NCBI GenBank assembly: GCA_965221835.1
Contig: OZ244916.1
Coordinates: 1,785,643 to 1,849,642, forward strand
Length of the DNA stretch: 64,000 nt
Direction of reading: 5' to 3'
Source: Gammaproteobacteria bacterium
GTDB lineage: Bacteria > Pseudomonadota > Gammaproteobacteria > Tethybacterales > Persebacteraceae
Shown here piece after piece: positions 8,287 through 17,414 of this stretch. The stretch's first letter is position 1. Each line of letters begins with the position of its first letter. The notes beneath the pieces were generated by a model. That model saw nothing but the letters and a program-made list of their open reading frames with translations. It had not been told where the DNA came from and did no database searches. The position numbers and the translations under genes are program-made.

Positions 8287-11200
8287 ATGGGAGAGCGACC
8301 GGTTATTTTGGATAATCAACGCGCGGCGGTGGCGGAATATCTGCGCGCGTGTTTGGAGGGCGCGGATTTGTTTCGCATCGTTTCGGCGTATTTTTCGGTT
8401 TTCGGATATGAAACGTTGGCGGAAAAACTGGAATCCGCGTCCGCGCCGAAAGTGCGTTTTTTGTTCGGCGCGCCCGATTCGGCGGACGATGCCGAATCGG
8501 GCGACAAAACGCAGCGCGTTTTTGCGTTGACCGAATCGGGTTTGTCGGCGAACGAAATGTTGCATCAGCGCGAACTCGCCGAACGATGCGCGGCGTGGAT
8601 TCAAAAAAGTACGGAAGTACGAAAAATTTCGCGACAAAATTTTTTGCACGGCAAAATGTATCATCTGGAATCGAACGCGGACGGCGCGGCGGTGGTCGGC
8701 AGTTCCAACTTTACGCGGCGCGGGATGGGAATGTCGCGAAATCCGAACATAGAAATTAATCTTGCAACGACGAACGCAGAAGATCTCGCCGCGCTGGCGG
8801 AATGGTTTGACGAAGTTTGGGAAGACGAAAAATTAACGGAAGATGCCAAACCGGATCTTCTCGCTGCATTGAAAAGATGGACGGCGGAATACGCACCCGA
8901 ATTTTTATATTACAAAGTTTTGTACGAATTGTTCCGCAACGAAATTCGTGCGCGCGAACAGGAGGGCGACGAATCCGCCGAACGGCTGGACGGTACCGAA
9001 ATATGGAAGACGCTGTACGAATTCCAAAAAGACGGCGCGAGAACCGTCGTCGGGCGGTTGTTGCGGCACGGCGGTTGCATTCTCGCCGACAGCGTGGGAC
9101 TCGGCAAAACTTACACCGCGTTGGCGGCGATAAAATATTTTGAAATGCGCAACAAAAACGTGCTGGTACTTTGTCCGAAAAAACTGGAACAAAACTGGCG
9201 TCTTTATCAGGCGAGTGCCGCCGTTCCGCGCAATCCGTTTGTCGCCGACAAATTCGGTTATCATCTTTTGTCGCACACCGATCTGGGACGCGAAAAAGGG
9301 AAAGTCGGCAACATTGATTTGTCTAAGTTTGATTGGGGCGTTTACGATCTTGTCGTCATTGACGAATCGCACAACTTTCGTAACGATTCTAAAAGTCGCA
9401 GCAACGAAAGCGGCGAAATCGTCCGCCGCAGCCGCTACGAAACATTGCTGGAAGATGTCATAAAAACGGGCGAAAAAACCAAAGTTCTGATGTTGTCGGC
9501 GACGCCGGTTAACAATTCGTTAACCGATTTGCGAAACCAAATTTATTTAATGACCGGCGGGCGCGAAGATGTTTTTGCCGATTCGCTGGGCGTGCGTCAT
9601 ATCAAAACGGTCGTTCGTGCGGCGCAAAGACAATTTCACGAATGGGAAAAACATTCGCACGAAAAGCGGGACAAAGGCGAACTGCTGGCGTCTTTGGGGG
9701 ATGATTTTTTGAATCTACTCGCAGGTGTTACTATCGCCCGTTCGCGGCGGCAGATTAAAAATTTTTACGCCGATTTTATCGCCCGGCATGGCGATTTTCC
9801 GAAGCGCGAAAAACCGCAAAACGAACATCCGCACGCCGATTCGCGCGGCGAGTTTTCGTACGATGAATTGCACGACGATCTTCTGGCATTGAATTTTCAC
9901 ATTTATCGTCCGTCCGATTATGTTGTCGGGGCGGGTGCGCGGGCGCGTTTGGACGAAGAGAAAAAGACGCGCAACTTTAATCAAAAAGATCGCGAAAAGT
10001 TTTTGGTCGCGATGATGCGCGTTAATTTTCTTAAACGATTGGAAAGTTCCGCGCATGCTTGCAAACTCACGCTGGAGCGAACGCTTGCAAAAACGGATGC
10101 GCAAATCGAAAAAATAAATAATTTTTTGCAGCGGCGGGAGGAGGAATCGCAAACAGAACTCCCCGGCGATTCTCCGCGCGAAGCGGAAGGCGAATCGGAG
10201 AACGAATATGCGGAAGACGAAGATTTTGTCGTCAACCGCCGGGCGATGACGCCGTATCGATTATCCGAATTGGATGTGGAAAAATGGCGCGCGGATATGG
10301 CAGAAGACCGGCGCGCTTTGCGGGCGGCGTTGGACAAAGTACAGAAAATTACGCCGGAACGGGACGGCAAAATCGCGCTGCTAAAAAAACAAATCGCCGA
10401 AAAAGCAAAACGCAAAAACCGCAAACTTCTCGTCTTTACCGCCTTTAAAGATACCGCAGAATATCTGTACAATCAACTGCGTAAATGCGCCGAAGAATCG
10501 GGAATAAAAATTGCGTTCGTCGCCGGAGATGAAACCTCTGCCGGCGGCGGGCGAAATGCCTTTCCGGATATTCTCAATCGCTTTTCGCCCCGCGCACGAG
10601 GCGGCGAACCGGGCGCTGATGAAATTGATTTATTAATCGCAACCGATTGCATTTCCGAAGGGCAAAATTTGCAAGATTGCGACACGGTACTAAACTACGA
10701 CATTCATTGGAATCCGGTGCGTTTGATTCAACGTTTCGGGCGCGTAGATCGCATCGGCAGTACGAACAAATCGGTGCGGATGATTAATTATTGGCCGACC
10801 GAAGATATGGATTTTTATCTTAAATTGGAAAACCGCGTACGCGCGCGGATGGCGTTGGCGGATATTGCCGGCACCGGCGACGATGATGCGCTGAACGAAA
10901 AAGAAATGGAAAAATCCGCGCAACAGGAACTGCATTTTCGCAACGAACAACTAAAACAAATGCGCGAGAAAATTAGCGATATGGAGGAAATGGACGATTC
11001 CGTTACGATGTCCGATTTGACATTGGATTATTTCATCACGCAACTTCTCCGTTATCTGCAAAAAAACAAAGACGATCTGGAAGCCGCACCGCCGGGAATT
11101 TATGCGGTCGCGAACGCCGCAGACGGAGAGGCGAAAACCGCACCGCACGACAACGGCGCGATATTTCTTTTTCGCCGCACGAACGCCGCCGAAGACGACC

Positions 11201-11595
11201 GGACGGGTTTTTATCTCGTGCATTGCGAAAACGGAAAAGTGCGCGCGGGGCATCTGAAAGTTCGCGAAACTTTGCGCATTTTTGAATCGCTGGCGAAAGA
11301 CAAAAACAAACCGCTGAAAAAGTTGTGCGACATTTTTTCGCGCGAATTGAAAAGCGAAAACGGCGCGCGCTTTTACGACAAAATGGCAAACGCCGCCGTG
11401 TGCGACATCGGCGACACCGCCGACCGCCGTGCGGGCGAATCGTTGCGGCGCGATGCCGGACGCGGCGGAATGTTGCCGAAAGTTTGCGAACGCCCCGCCG
11501 TCAACAATTTGGAACTCGTTGCGTGGCTGGTCGTCAAAAAAGATGAAATCGGCGCGACAGAGTTGCGCGCGCAACGAACCGCCGCCGATGGTTGA
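8287..11595 (+). CDS. PLD-like nuclease domain fused to SNF2-family helicase
   Basis: N-terminal HKD-like motif HGKMYHLESNADGAAVVGSSNFT. SNF2 motifs DSVGLGKT, DESHNFRN, LMLSATPVNNS, and C-terminal helicase LLIATDCISEGQNLQ...RFGRVDRIGS. ORF track start 8224 is TTG; the first ATG is 8287. Confidence 0.85.
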   Translation: MGERPVILDNQRAAVAEYLRACLEGADLFRIVSAYFSVFGYETLAEKLESASAPKVRFLFGAPDSADDAESGDKTQRVFALTESGLSANEMLHQRELAERCAAWIQKSTEVRKISRQNFLHGKMYHLESNADGAAVVGSSNFTRRGMGMSRNPNIEINLATTNAEDLAALAEWFDEVWEDEKLTEDAKPDLLAALKRWTAEYAPEFLYYKVLYELFRNEIRAREQEGDESAERLDGTEIWKTLYEFQKDGARTVVGRLLRHGGCILADSVGLGKTYTALAAIKYFEMRNKNVLVLCPKKLEQNWRLYQASAAVPRNPFVADKFGYHLLSHTDLGREKGKVGNIDLSKFDWGVYDLVVIDESHNFRNDSKSRSNESGEIVRRSRYETLLEDVIKTGEKTKVLMLSATPVNNSLTDLRNQIYLMTGGREDVFADSLGVRHIKTVVRAAQRQFHEWEKHSHEKRDKGELLASLGDDFLNLLAGVTIARSRRQIKNFYADFIARHGDFPKREKPQNEHPHADSRGEFSYDELHDDLLALNFHIYRPSDYVVGAGARARLDEEKKTRNFNQKDREKFLVAMMRVNFLKRLESSAHACKLTLERTLAKTDAQIEKINNFLQRREEESQTELPGDSPREAEGESENEYAEDEDFVVNRRAMTPYRLSELDVEKWRADMAEDRRALRAALDKVQKITPERDGKIALLKKQIAEKAKRKNRKLLVFTAFKDTAEYLYNQLRKCAEESGIKIAFVAGDETSAGGGRNAFPDILNRFSPRARGGEPGADEIDLLIATDCISEGQNLQDCDTVLNYDIHWNPVRLIQRFGRVDRIGSTNKSVRMINYWPTEDMDFYLKLENRVRARMALADIAGTGDDDALNEKEMEKSAQQELHFRNEQLKQMREKISDMEEMDDSVTMSDLTLDYFITQLLRYLQKNKDDLEAAPPGIYAVANAADGEAKTAPHDNGAIFLFRRTNAAEDDRTGFYLVHCENGKVRAGHLKVRETLRIFESLAKDKNKPLKKLCDIFSRELKSENGARFYDKMANAAVCDIGDTADRRAGESLRRDAGRGGMLPKVCERPAVNNLELVAWLVVKKDEIGATELRAQRTAADG

Positions 11596-11605
11596 AGTTT
11601 GAACA

Positions 11606-14600
11606 ATGGAAAAAACGATGAACGACAATTTGCTGCATAAAACTAAAAACGCCCTCGCCGAATGCATTCGTCCCGCCGAAAACTTCGCCGCCGCGGCGGA
11701 AAACTTACTAAACGCACTCGGCTACGAAAGCGACCGCAAACATGTCGGCGGCAATGATTCGGTACGCGATTTCGTTCGCGATTTTCCCGCGCCGCAAGCG
11801 GAAACAAAAACCGAATCGGAATTCGTCCGCGCCGCAAAATCCGCGCGCATCATCTTTCAATATACCGGAGAAGAAATTAGCAAATCGCAAAACATGTTCG
11901 GCGCGACATTTAACGAGGGCGACATTGAAAGTTTTTTGTTTGTCGCCGTAGAGTTAAAATCCGGCGATTATGCGCGCGGCAAATACGCCGAATTCGCGCG
12001 CGAAATCAACAAGCGATTTGGAATGCCGACGGTCGTTTTGTTTCGCACGGCGGACGGCGCAGATAAATTGTCGCTCGCGTTTGTCGGACGGCGCGCACAC
12101 AAAACCGATTCCGCCCGCGATGTTTTGGAAAAAGTTTCGCTGCTGCGCAATATCAATTGCAACAAACCGCACCGCGGACATTTGGATATTCTTTTGCAAC
12201 TGTCTTTGCAAAATCGGCTGGAATGGATGTCGCGCAACAGCAAGGAAAAAAACTTCGCCGGACTTCTCGCCGCATGGCTGGACGAACTCAACACGGACGC
12301 GTTAAATAAACGTTTTTATGGCGAACTGCTTTCGTGGTTTGAACGCGCAAATCAAAAAATCTGTTTTCCGGCGAACTTGCAAAACAAGCGCGAAGATTGG
12401 ACGATTCGCCTGATTACGCGCCTGCTTTTTGTCTGGTTCGTCAAAGAAAAAAATCTTGTCGCCGAAGATTTGTTTTACAAATCGCAAATTTGCCCGCTGT
12501 TAAAAAATGGTGCGAATCCAACCAACGATTCGTACTATCGCGTTGTTTTGCAAAATCTCTTTTTTGCGACTCTCAATACGCCGATAAAAGATCGCAAATT
12601 CAGCGAAGGCGGACGCGATGCGCATCGCGATTTTTCGCGGTGGCGATATGCCGCCGAAATCGCAAACGACAAATGCAAAGAAAAACTAAAACAACTCTTC
12701 GCGCAAACGCCGTTCATCAACGGCGGACTCTTTGATTGTTTGGACGGCTACGACAGCCCGGCGAGTGCGAAAAACGCCGGACGCGAAGGCGGCGAAGAAC
12801 GGACAGATTATTTTTCGGAATCGTATTACAAAGATTCGCGCATAAAAGACAAGTTGTCGGTTCCCGATTCTTTGTTTTTTGCCGAAAACGGATTGCTTTC
12901 TATTTTCCAAAAATATAAATTTACGGTGGAAGAAAATACGCCGATAGAACAAGAAGTGGCGTTGGATCCGGAACTGCTGGGGCGCGTCTTTGAAAACCTT
13001 CTCGCTTTTTACAATCCGGAAACGCGCGAAAATGCGCGCAAACAAACCGGTTCTTTTTATACCCCGCGCGAAGTTGTAGATTATATGACGCGCGAATCGG
13101 TGGCGGAATGTTTGGCGGCGAAAACCGGTGCGGACGGCGATAAAACGCGCGCGCTTTTGGATTATGCTGCACCTGCTGATCATTCGTTTTCGGCGGCGGA
13201 AGTTAAATCTTTAGTACGTGCAATTTCCGAAATTAAAATTTTTGATCCCGCCGCCGGATCGGGGGCGTTTCCGATGGGCGTTTTGCATCTTCTTACGCTC
13301 GCGCTTTCGCGTTTGGATTCGCAAAATGCGGAATGGCACGAACTGCAAAAAAATCGCGCGCAAAAAGATGCGGCGGAAACCTTTCATCGCGCCGACAAAT
13401 CCGAACGCGGCGAACGGCTGGATGAAATTAACGAAGTTTTTTCGCGCTATTCCGATTCCGATTTCGGGCGCAAATTGTTTCTCATACAAAACAGCATTTT
13501 CGGTGCGGACATTCAGCCGGTCGCATGTCAAATTTCCAAACTGCGATTTTTTATTTCGCTGGCGATAGAACAAAAGCGGGATGCGAACGCGGAAAACTTC
13601 GGCATAAAACCGCTGCCGAATTTGGAAACGCGATTCATCGCCGCCGATTCGCTGATTAAAATCGGCGGCAGGGGACAAGGCGCACTAAAATCGGAAGCGG
13701 CGGCGAAGTTGGAACGCGACCTCGCGGCGAATCGCGAACGGCATTTTAATGCGACCGCCCGCAAAACAAAATTGCACTGCAAAAACAAAGATGAAGAATT
13801 GCGCAAAAAACTTGCGGCAGAGTTGAAAAAAACCAGCGGATTTGATAACGAAGACGCCGGACGCATCGCTGTTTGGAATCCGTACGACCAAAACGCCGCC
13901 GCGAAATGGTTTGATGCGGAATATATGTTCGGCGTCGCCGACGGCTTCGACATCGTCATCGGCAATCCGCCGTATGTGCAATTGCAAAGAGACGGCGGAC
14001 GATTGGCAAATTTATACGCGCCGCAAAACTACGAAAGTTTCGCGCGCACGGGCGATTTGTATATGTTGTTTTACGAACGCGGATTGCAACTTTGCGCGTC
14101 CGGCGGCGGGCTGATGTTTATCACTTCCAACAGTTGGTTGCGCGCAAACTATGGCGCAAATTTGCGCGGCGTTCTCGCCCGCCATAATCCGCGTTTGCTG
14201 ATTAATATGGGCGCGAATGTTTTTGAAAATGTATCTGTTAGCGTGAACATTTTGGGCGTTCAAAATGCACCGAACCGTAATGAATTGTTGGCGAATGATT
14301 TTGTTCGCACGGGCGATTTTCCGCCGTCCGAATGGCATTCCATTGCGCCGAAAAATAAAGACGGATGGGCGATTGTATCCGCGTCTGAAAACACTTTGCG
14401 CGCGAAAATTGAACAGGCGGGAACACCAATTAAGAATTGGAATGTTCGCATGTTTTTCGGTATTAAAACCGGTTATGACAAAGCGTTTTTGATTGATGCG
14501 GCGACCAAACACCGTTTGTGCGCGGAAGATCCGGGCAGTGCGGAAATTATCAAACCGACGATTCGCGGGCGGAATATTGGTAGATACTTTTACGAATCTG

Positions 14601-15193
14601 CTGACGAGTATGTTATCGCTACATTTCCTTCCAAAAATTTGTCTATTGAAAATTTTCCGGCGGTGAAAAAATATTTGCAATCTTTCGGCGACCGTTTAGA
14701 GCAAAGCGGGCGTCCGGGTTGCCGCAAGAAAAGCGCGCATGCGTGGTTTGAAACACAGGACGCAGTCGCGTATTATCCGGAATTTGAAAAAGAAAAATTG
14801 ATTTGGACAGACATCGCCCAAGCCGGACGGTTTTTCTATGACACCGAAAAACTGTACCCGATGGCAAGCGGGTTTGTAATGACCGGAGAAGATATTCAAT
14901 ATCTTCTCGCCGTTCTTAACTCGCGCTTGATCACTTGGTATATGCCAAATGTCGCCGTGAATCTTGGCGATAGCGGGCTTCGATGGAAAAAGATATATGT
15001 GGAAAAACTCCCAATCCCGCAAATTCCCAAAGCGGAACAACGCCCGTTCATAGAGTTGGCACAAAAAATCACCGCCGCCAAAGCAGCAAACCCCGCCGCC
15101 GACACCCACGAATGGGAATCCGAAATAGACCACCGCGTCTACAAACTCTACAACCTAACCAAAAAAGAAATCGCCATAATAGAGGCGGAATGA
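11606..15193 (+). CDS. MmeI/Eco57I-family type IIG-like N6-adenine DNA methyltransferase with N-terminal PD-ExK nuclease-like domain and C-terminal TRD (1195 aa)
   Basis: N-terminal D-x10-ELK (GDIESFLFVAVELK). Motif X FYTPREVVDYM. Motif I DPAAGSGAF. Motif IV IGNPPYVQ. Long C-terminal region. Confidence 0.85.
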   Translation: MEKTMNDNLLHKTKNALAECIRPAENFAAAAENLLNALGYESDRKHVGGNDSVRDFVRDFPAPQAETKTESEFVRAAKSARIIFQYTGEEISKSQNMFGATFNEGDIESFLFVAVELKSGDYARGKYAEFAREINKRFGMPTVVLFRTADGADKLSLAFVGRRAHKTDSARDVLEKVSLLRNINCNKPHRGHLDILLQLSLQNRLEWMSRNSKEKNFAGLLAAWLDELNTDALNKRFYGELLSWFERANQKICFPANLQNKREDWTIRLITRLLFVWFVKEKNLVAEDLFYKSQICPLLKNGANPTNDSYYRVVLQNLFFATLNTPIKDRKFSEGGRDAHRDFSRWRYAAEIANDKCKEKLKQLFAQTPFINGGLFDCLDGYDSPASAKNAGREGGEERTDYFSESYYKDSRIKDKLSVPDSLFFAENGLLSIFQKYKFTVEENTPIEQEVALDPELLGRVFENLLAFYNPETRENARKQTGSFYTPREVVDYMTRESVAECLAAKTGADGDKTRALLDYAAPADHSFSAAEVKSLVRAISEIKIFDPAAGSGAFPMGVLHLLTLALSRLDSQNAEWHELQKNRAQKDAAETFHRADKSERGERLDEINEVFSRYSDSDFGRKLFLIQNSIFGADIQPVACQISKLRFFISLAIEQKRDANAENFGIKPLPNLETRFIAADSLIKIGGRGQGALKSEAAAKLERDLAANRERHFNATARKTKLHCKNKDEELRKKLAAELKKTSGFDNEDAGRIAVWNPYDQNAAAKWFDAEYMFGVADGFDIVIGNPPYVQLQRDGGRLANLYAPQNYESFARTGDLYMLFYERGLQLCASGGGLMFITSNSWLRANYGANLRGVLARHNPRLLINMGANVFENVSVSVNILGVQNAPNRNELLANDFVRTGDFPPSEWHSIAPKNKDGWAIVSASENTLRAKIEQAGTPIKNWNVRMFFGIKTGYDKAFLIDAATKHRLCAEDPGSAEIIKPTIRGRNIGRYFYESADEYVIATFPSKNLSIENFPAVKKYLQSFGDRLEQSGRPGCRKKSAHAWFETQDAVAYYPEFEKEKLIWTDIAQAGRFFYDTEKLYPMASGFVMTGEDIQYLLAVLNSRLITWYMPNVAVNLGDSGLRWKKIYVEKLPIPQIPKAEQRPFIELAQKITAAKAANPAADTHEWESEIDHRVYKLYNLTKKEIAIIEAE

Positions 15194-15196
15194 CCG
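15155..15196. repeat. direct repeat A (3' end of the MTase gene); second copy at 16248-16287
   Basis: ctaaccaaaaaagaaatcgccataatagaggcggaatgacc vs ctaaccaaagagggaatcgccataatagaggcggaatgacc (38/41 identical). Confidence 0.75.
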
Positions 15197-15388
15197 CATC
15201 CAAACCGAACGCGGCGCGGTGATAAAACTGAAAAAACGGGAAGAAATTCGTTCCGCATTTTCGCTGTTATTTGAGCAATCATGCGGGACTTATCAAAATC
15301 GCTATGCAGGAAAGTGTAGATGCGTGGGACTCTGGTGGAATGGCAAATTGATGTATAATTGCGCCGCAACCATTGCAGGAGGTAAAAA

Positions 15389-15715
15389 ATGAAAATATCC
15401 ATCGCCAAAGATTTTTCGGATGTGCCTATCGGGCGTGCCCGGTCGGACGGCGACTATACCGGCGAGGCGTTTCGGGAGGATTGGCTCGTTCCGAAACTGC
15501 GGAAGGCATCGGCGAACGATCCCTTAATCATCAATTTGGACGGCGCCGAGGGGTATCCTTCGTCGTTCCTGGAAGAGGCATTCGGAGGGCTGGTGCGAAA
15601 CGGATACACCGCCGCCGATCTGCACAAACTCTTGAAAATAGAGGCGGGTAGCGGCTATAAAACCTACCGGGATATCATCTGGGATTACATCAAAGCGGCG
15701 GATTCTCTCGATTAA
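15389..15715 (+). CDS. DUF4325 (STAS-like) small protein
   Basis: Strong RBS AGGAGG. Sequence pattern DFSDVPIGRARSDGDYTGEAFRE...LDGAEGYPSSFLEEAFGGLVR matches the DUF4325 family. Confidence 0.6.
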   Translation: MKISIAKDFSDVPIGRARSDGDYTGEAFREDWLVPKLRKASANDPLIINLDGAEGYPSSFLEEAFGGLVRNGYTAADLHKLLKIEAGSGYKTYRDIIWDYIKAADSLD

Positions 15716-16155
15716 TGATGTCGCCTCACATTGTCCAGGCGGTTGTGCTGGTTCTGTGCGTTATCATTACTTTTGTTTTTAACGCGATATTGCAGCATCG
15801 GCTTTTGCATCGGCAAGGCAGGGAAAAAATTATTGATGCTTTGCTGCAATTGGTGGAAGAACAAAAGCAGTTTTACGCCGCCTATTGGGAAAAAGACGCC
15901 GCCGATGGCGCAGTGTCCGCATCCATAAACGAGACGATGCAGCAAACCCGATTTGATGCGCTGTTGGAGTTTGCCGGACGGAAATACAAATTCCGCAATA
16001 TAAACGACATTAATCGTCAGTACAGGAAATTCTGCAAAACGGCAACCGGCGACAACTTTGGCGAAAAAAACAGGGCGGCGAATACCGAAAAAGCGCGGCA
16101 TATTCATGCCATTGCGAACCAAATATACATCATTCTTTTGGAAAACAAAGTGTAG
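15715..16155 (+). CDS. hypothetical membrane protein (1 N-terminal TM helix), translationally coupled to the DUF4325 gene
   Basis: TAATG overlap with upstream gene. N-terminal hydrophobic segment AVVLVLCVIITFVFNAIL. Confidence 0.5.
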   Translation: MMSPHIVQAVVLVLCVIITFVFNAILQHRLLHRQGREKIIDALLQLVEEQKQFYAAYWEKDAADGAVSASINETMQQTRFDALLEFAGRKYKFRNINDINRQYRKFCKTATGDNFGEKNRAANTEKARHIHAIANQIYIILLENKV

Positions 16156-16169
16156 GGACGCAGTGCCGC

Positions 16170-16234
16170 AAAACTCCGTTTTATATCCCGTTTCCGCGCC
16201 GTTTAATTCGGGGCGGTTGCCGGTTTCGGGGTTG
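16170..16234. repeat. direct repeat P' : duplicated 5' end of pip (copy of 17422-17486)
   Basis: aaaactccgttttatatcccgtttccgcgccgtttaattcggggcggtt..cggtttcggggttg is identical apart from 2 nt to the pip start region. It encodes SVLYPVSAPFNSGRL in an out-of-context position. Confidence 0.8.
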
Positions 16235-16247
16235 TATTTTCTACAAT

Positions 16248-16287
16248 CTAACCAAAGAGGGAATCGCCATAATAGAGGCGGAATGAC
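16248..16287. repeat. direct repeat A' (second copy of the MTase 3' end)
   Basis: See 15155-15196. Confidence 0.75.
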
Positions 16288-16321
16288 CAACAACAAAATC
16301 ACCAGCGAAGCGTTTGCTGCG

Positions 16322-16861
16322 TTATTCCCCGCTACCGAGATGTTCCTTGTAGCGTCTTATGAAATCAAGAAATTCCGGCAGAAATTCCTTTTTTTGCTTC
16401 TCATAATCGGCGTCAGAATCGGACGCCGGTTTTGCCACTTTTTCTTTCGCGTCATTCCTGCCGGGACCCCGGAACACCTCGCGCAATAATATGCCGTACA
16501 GCACGATAAAACTAAGGAACGCGCCCGAAACCAGCAACGCTTGCGCCACAGGATGAATCATTTTGATAATATCGGCTGGTTGCATAAAAACGATAAAAAC
16601 GAATGGGAATATCACCCAAGGCGCGATTAGCGTAATGACGATGCTGAAAAACCGAAACCAATAATATTGACGGGCGACAATTTGATTGTGTTCGGTAGTT
16701 GCCTTGTCTCGCTCCTCGGAGTTCTGATTGCGCGCCTCTTCGCGCTCAAAAAACTTCAACATTTTGCCCAGCATCTTCATTTCTTCCTGCCGACGCTCGG
16801 CGTCGTTGAGCATTCCGGCGGACTCGCTGCCAAGTTCGTGATGATTTTTTTCGCCGATCAC
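16322..16861 (-). CDS. membrane protein (2-3 TM), candidate toxin partner of the Panacea-domain gene
   Basis: Hydrophobic core FRFFSIVITLIAPWVIFPFVFIVFMQP...LVSGAFLSFIVLYGILL. ATGA overlap with the upstream Panacea gene. Confidence 0.5.
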   Translation of the reverse strand: MIGEKNHHELGSESAGMLNDAERRQEEMKMLGKMLKFFEREEARNQNSEERDKATTEHNQIVARQYYWFRFFSIVITLIAPWVIFPFVFIVFMQPADIIKMIHPVAQALLVSGAFLSFIVLYGILLREVFRGPGRNDAKEKVAKPASDSDADYEKQKKEFLPEFLDFIRRYKEHLGSGE

Positions 16862-17346
16862 GACAGATCCTTAATCAATTTTTCGTAGTATTCCTTGATG
16901 ATTTCGTTAGGAATCGTGCCGAAATATTGATCTTTGCACTGATCCCACGGCGTGCCTTCGCGGTGTGTTAAATCCGAAAGCGAGAATGCGCCCAAACGCG
17001 AATACCGTTCGTAAACTTTGCTTACGATGTCCGCTTCATCTTCGTTGAGTTTGGTCGTATAGTCCGGAAACTCGCCGAATTCCGGGTCGTACGGACGCGC
17101 CTTGTTTTTGATGACAAACTGCGGCGCGAACGCGCGATATACTTCTGGAATGACCGGTCCGAATTTCCACGCTTGCACCTGATGGCGAATCAGCGGCTTG
17201 CCGGTGTAGCCGAGAGTCCAGCCGTGCGCCAGATATACATATTTTACCAGCGGCATAATCGTCAGCCGCTTTTTCGCGGCGCGCGCTTTGTCGACAAAAA
17301 TGTTCGCAATCGCACGCGAATCATGTCCCTTTTTTCCGAATAGCAT
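16858..17346 (-). CDS. Panacea-domain (DUF4065, SocA-like) antitoxin-family protein
   Basis: LTIMPLVKYVYLAHGWTLGYTGKPLIRHQVQAWKFGPVIPEVY resembles the DUF4065/Panacea N-terminal core. Confidence 0.55.
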   Translation of the reverse strand: MLFGKKGHDSRAIANIFVDKARAAKKRLTIMPLVKYVYLAHGWTLGYTGKPLIRHQVQAWKFGPVIPEVYRAFAPQFVIKNKARPYDPEFGEFPDYTTKLNEDEADIVSKVYERYSRLGAFSLSDLTHREGTPWDQCKDQYFGTIPNEIIKEYYEKLIKDLS

Positions 17347-17414
17347 TGTTATTTCACCTTTCTGTATAATTATTCAGATTTTATCATATTTTCGCCCGCC
17401 GTTATAATCGGCGA

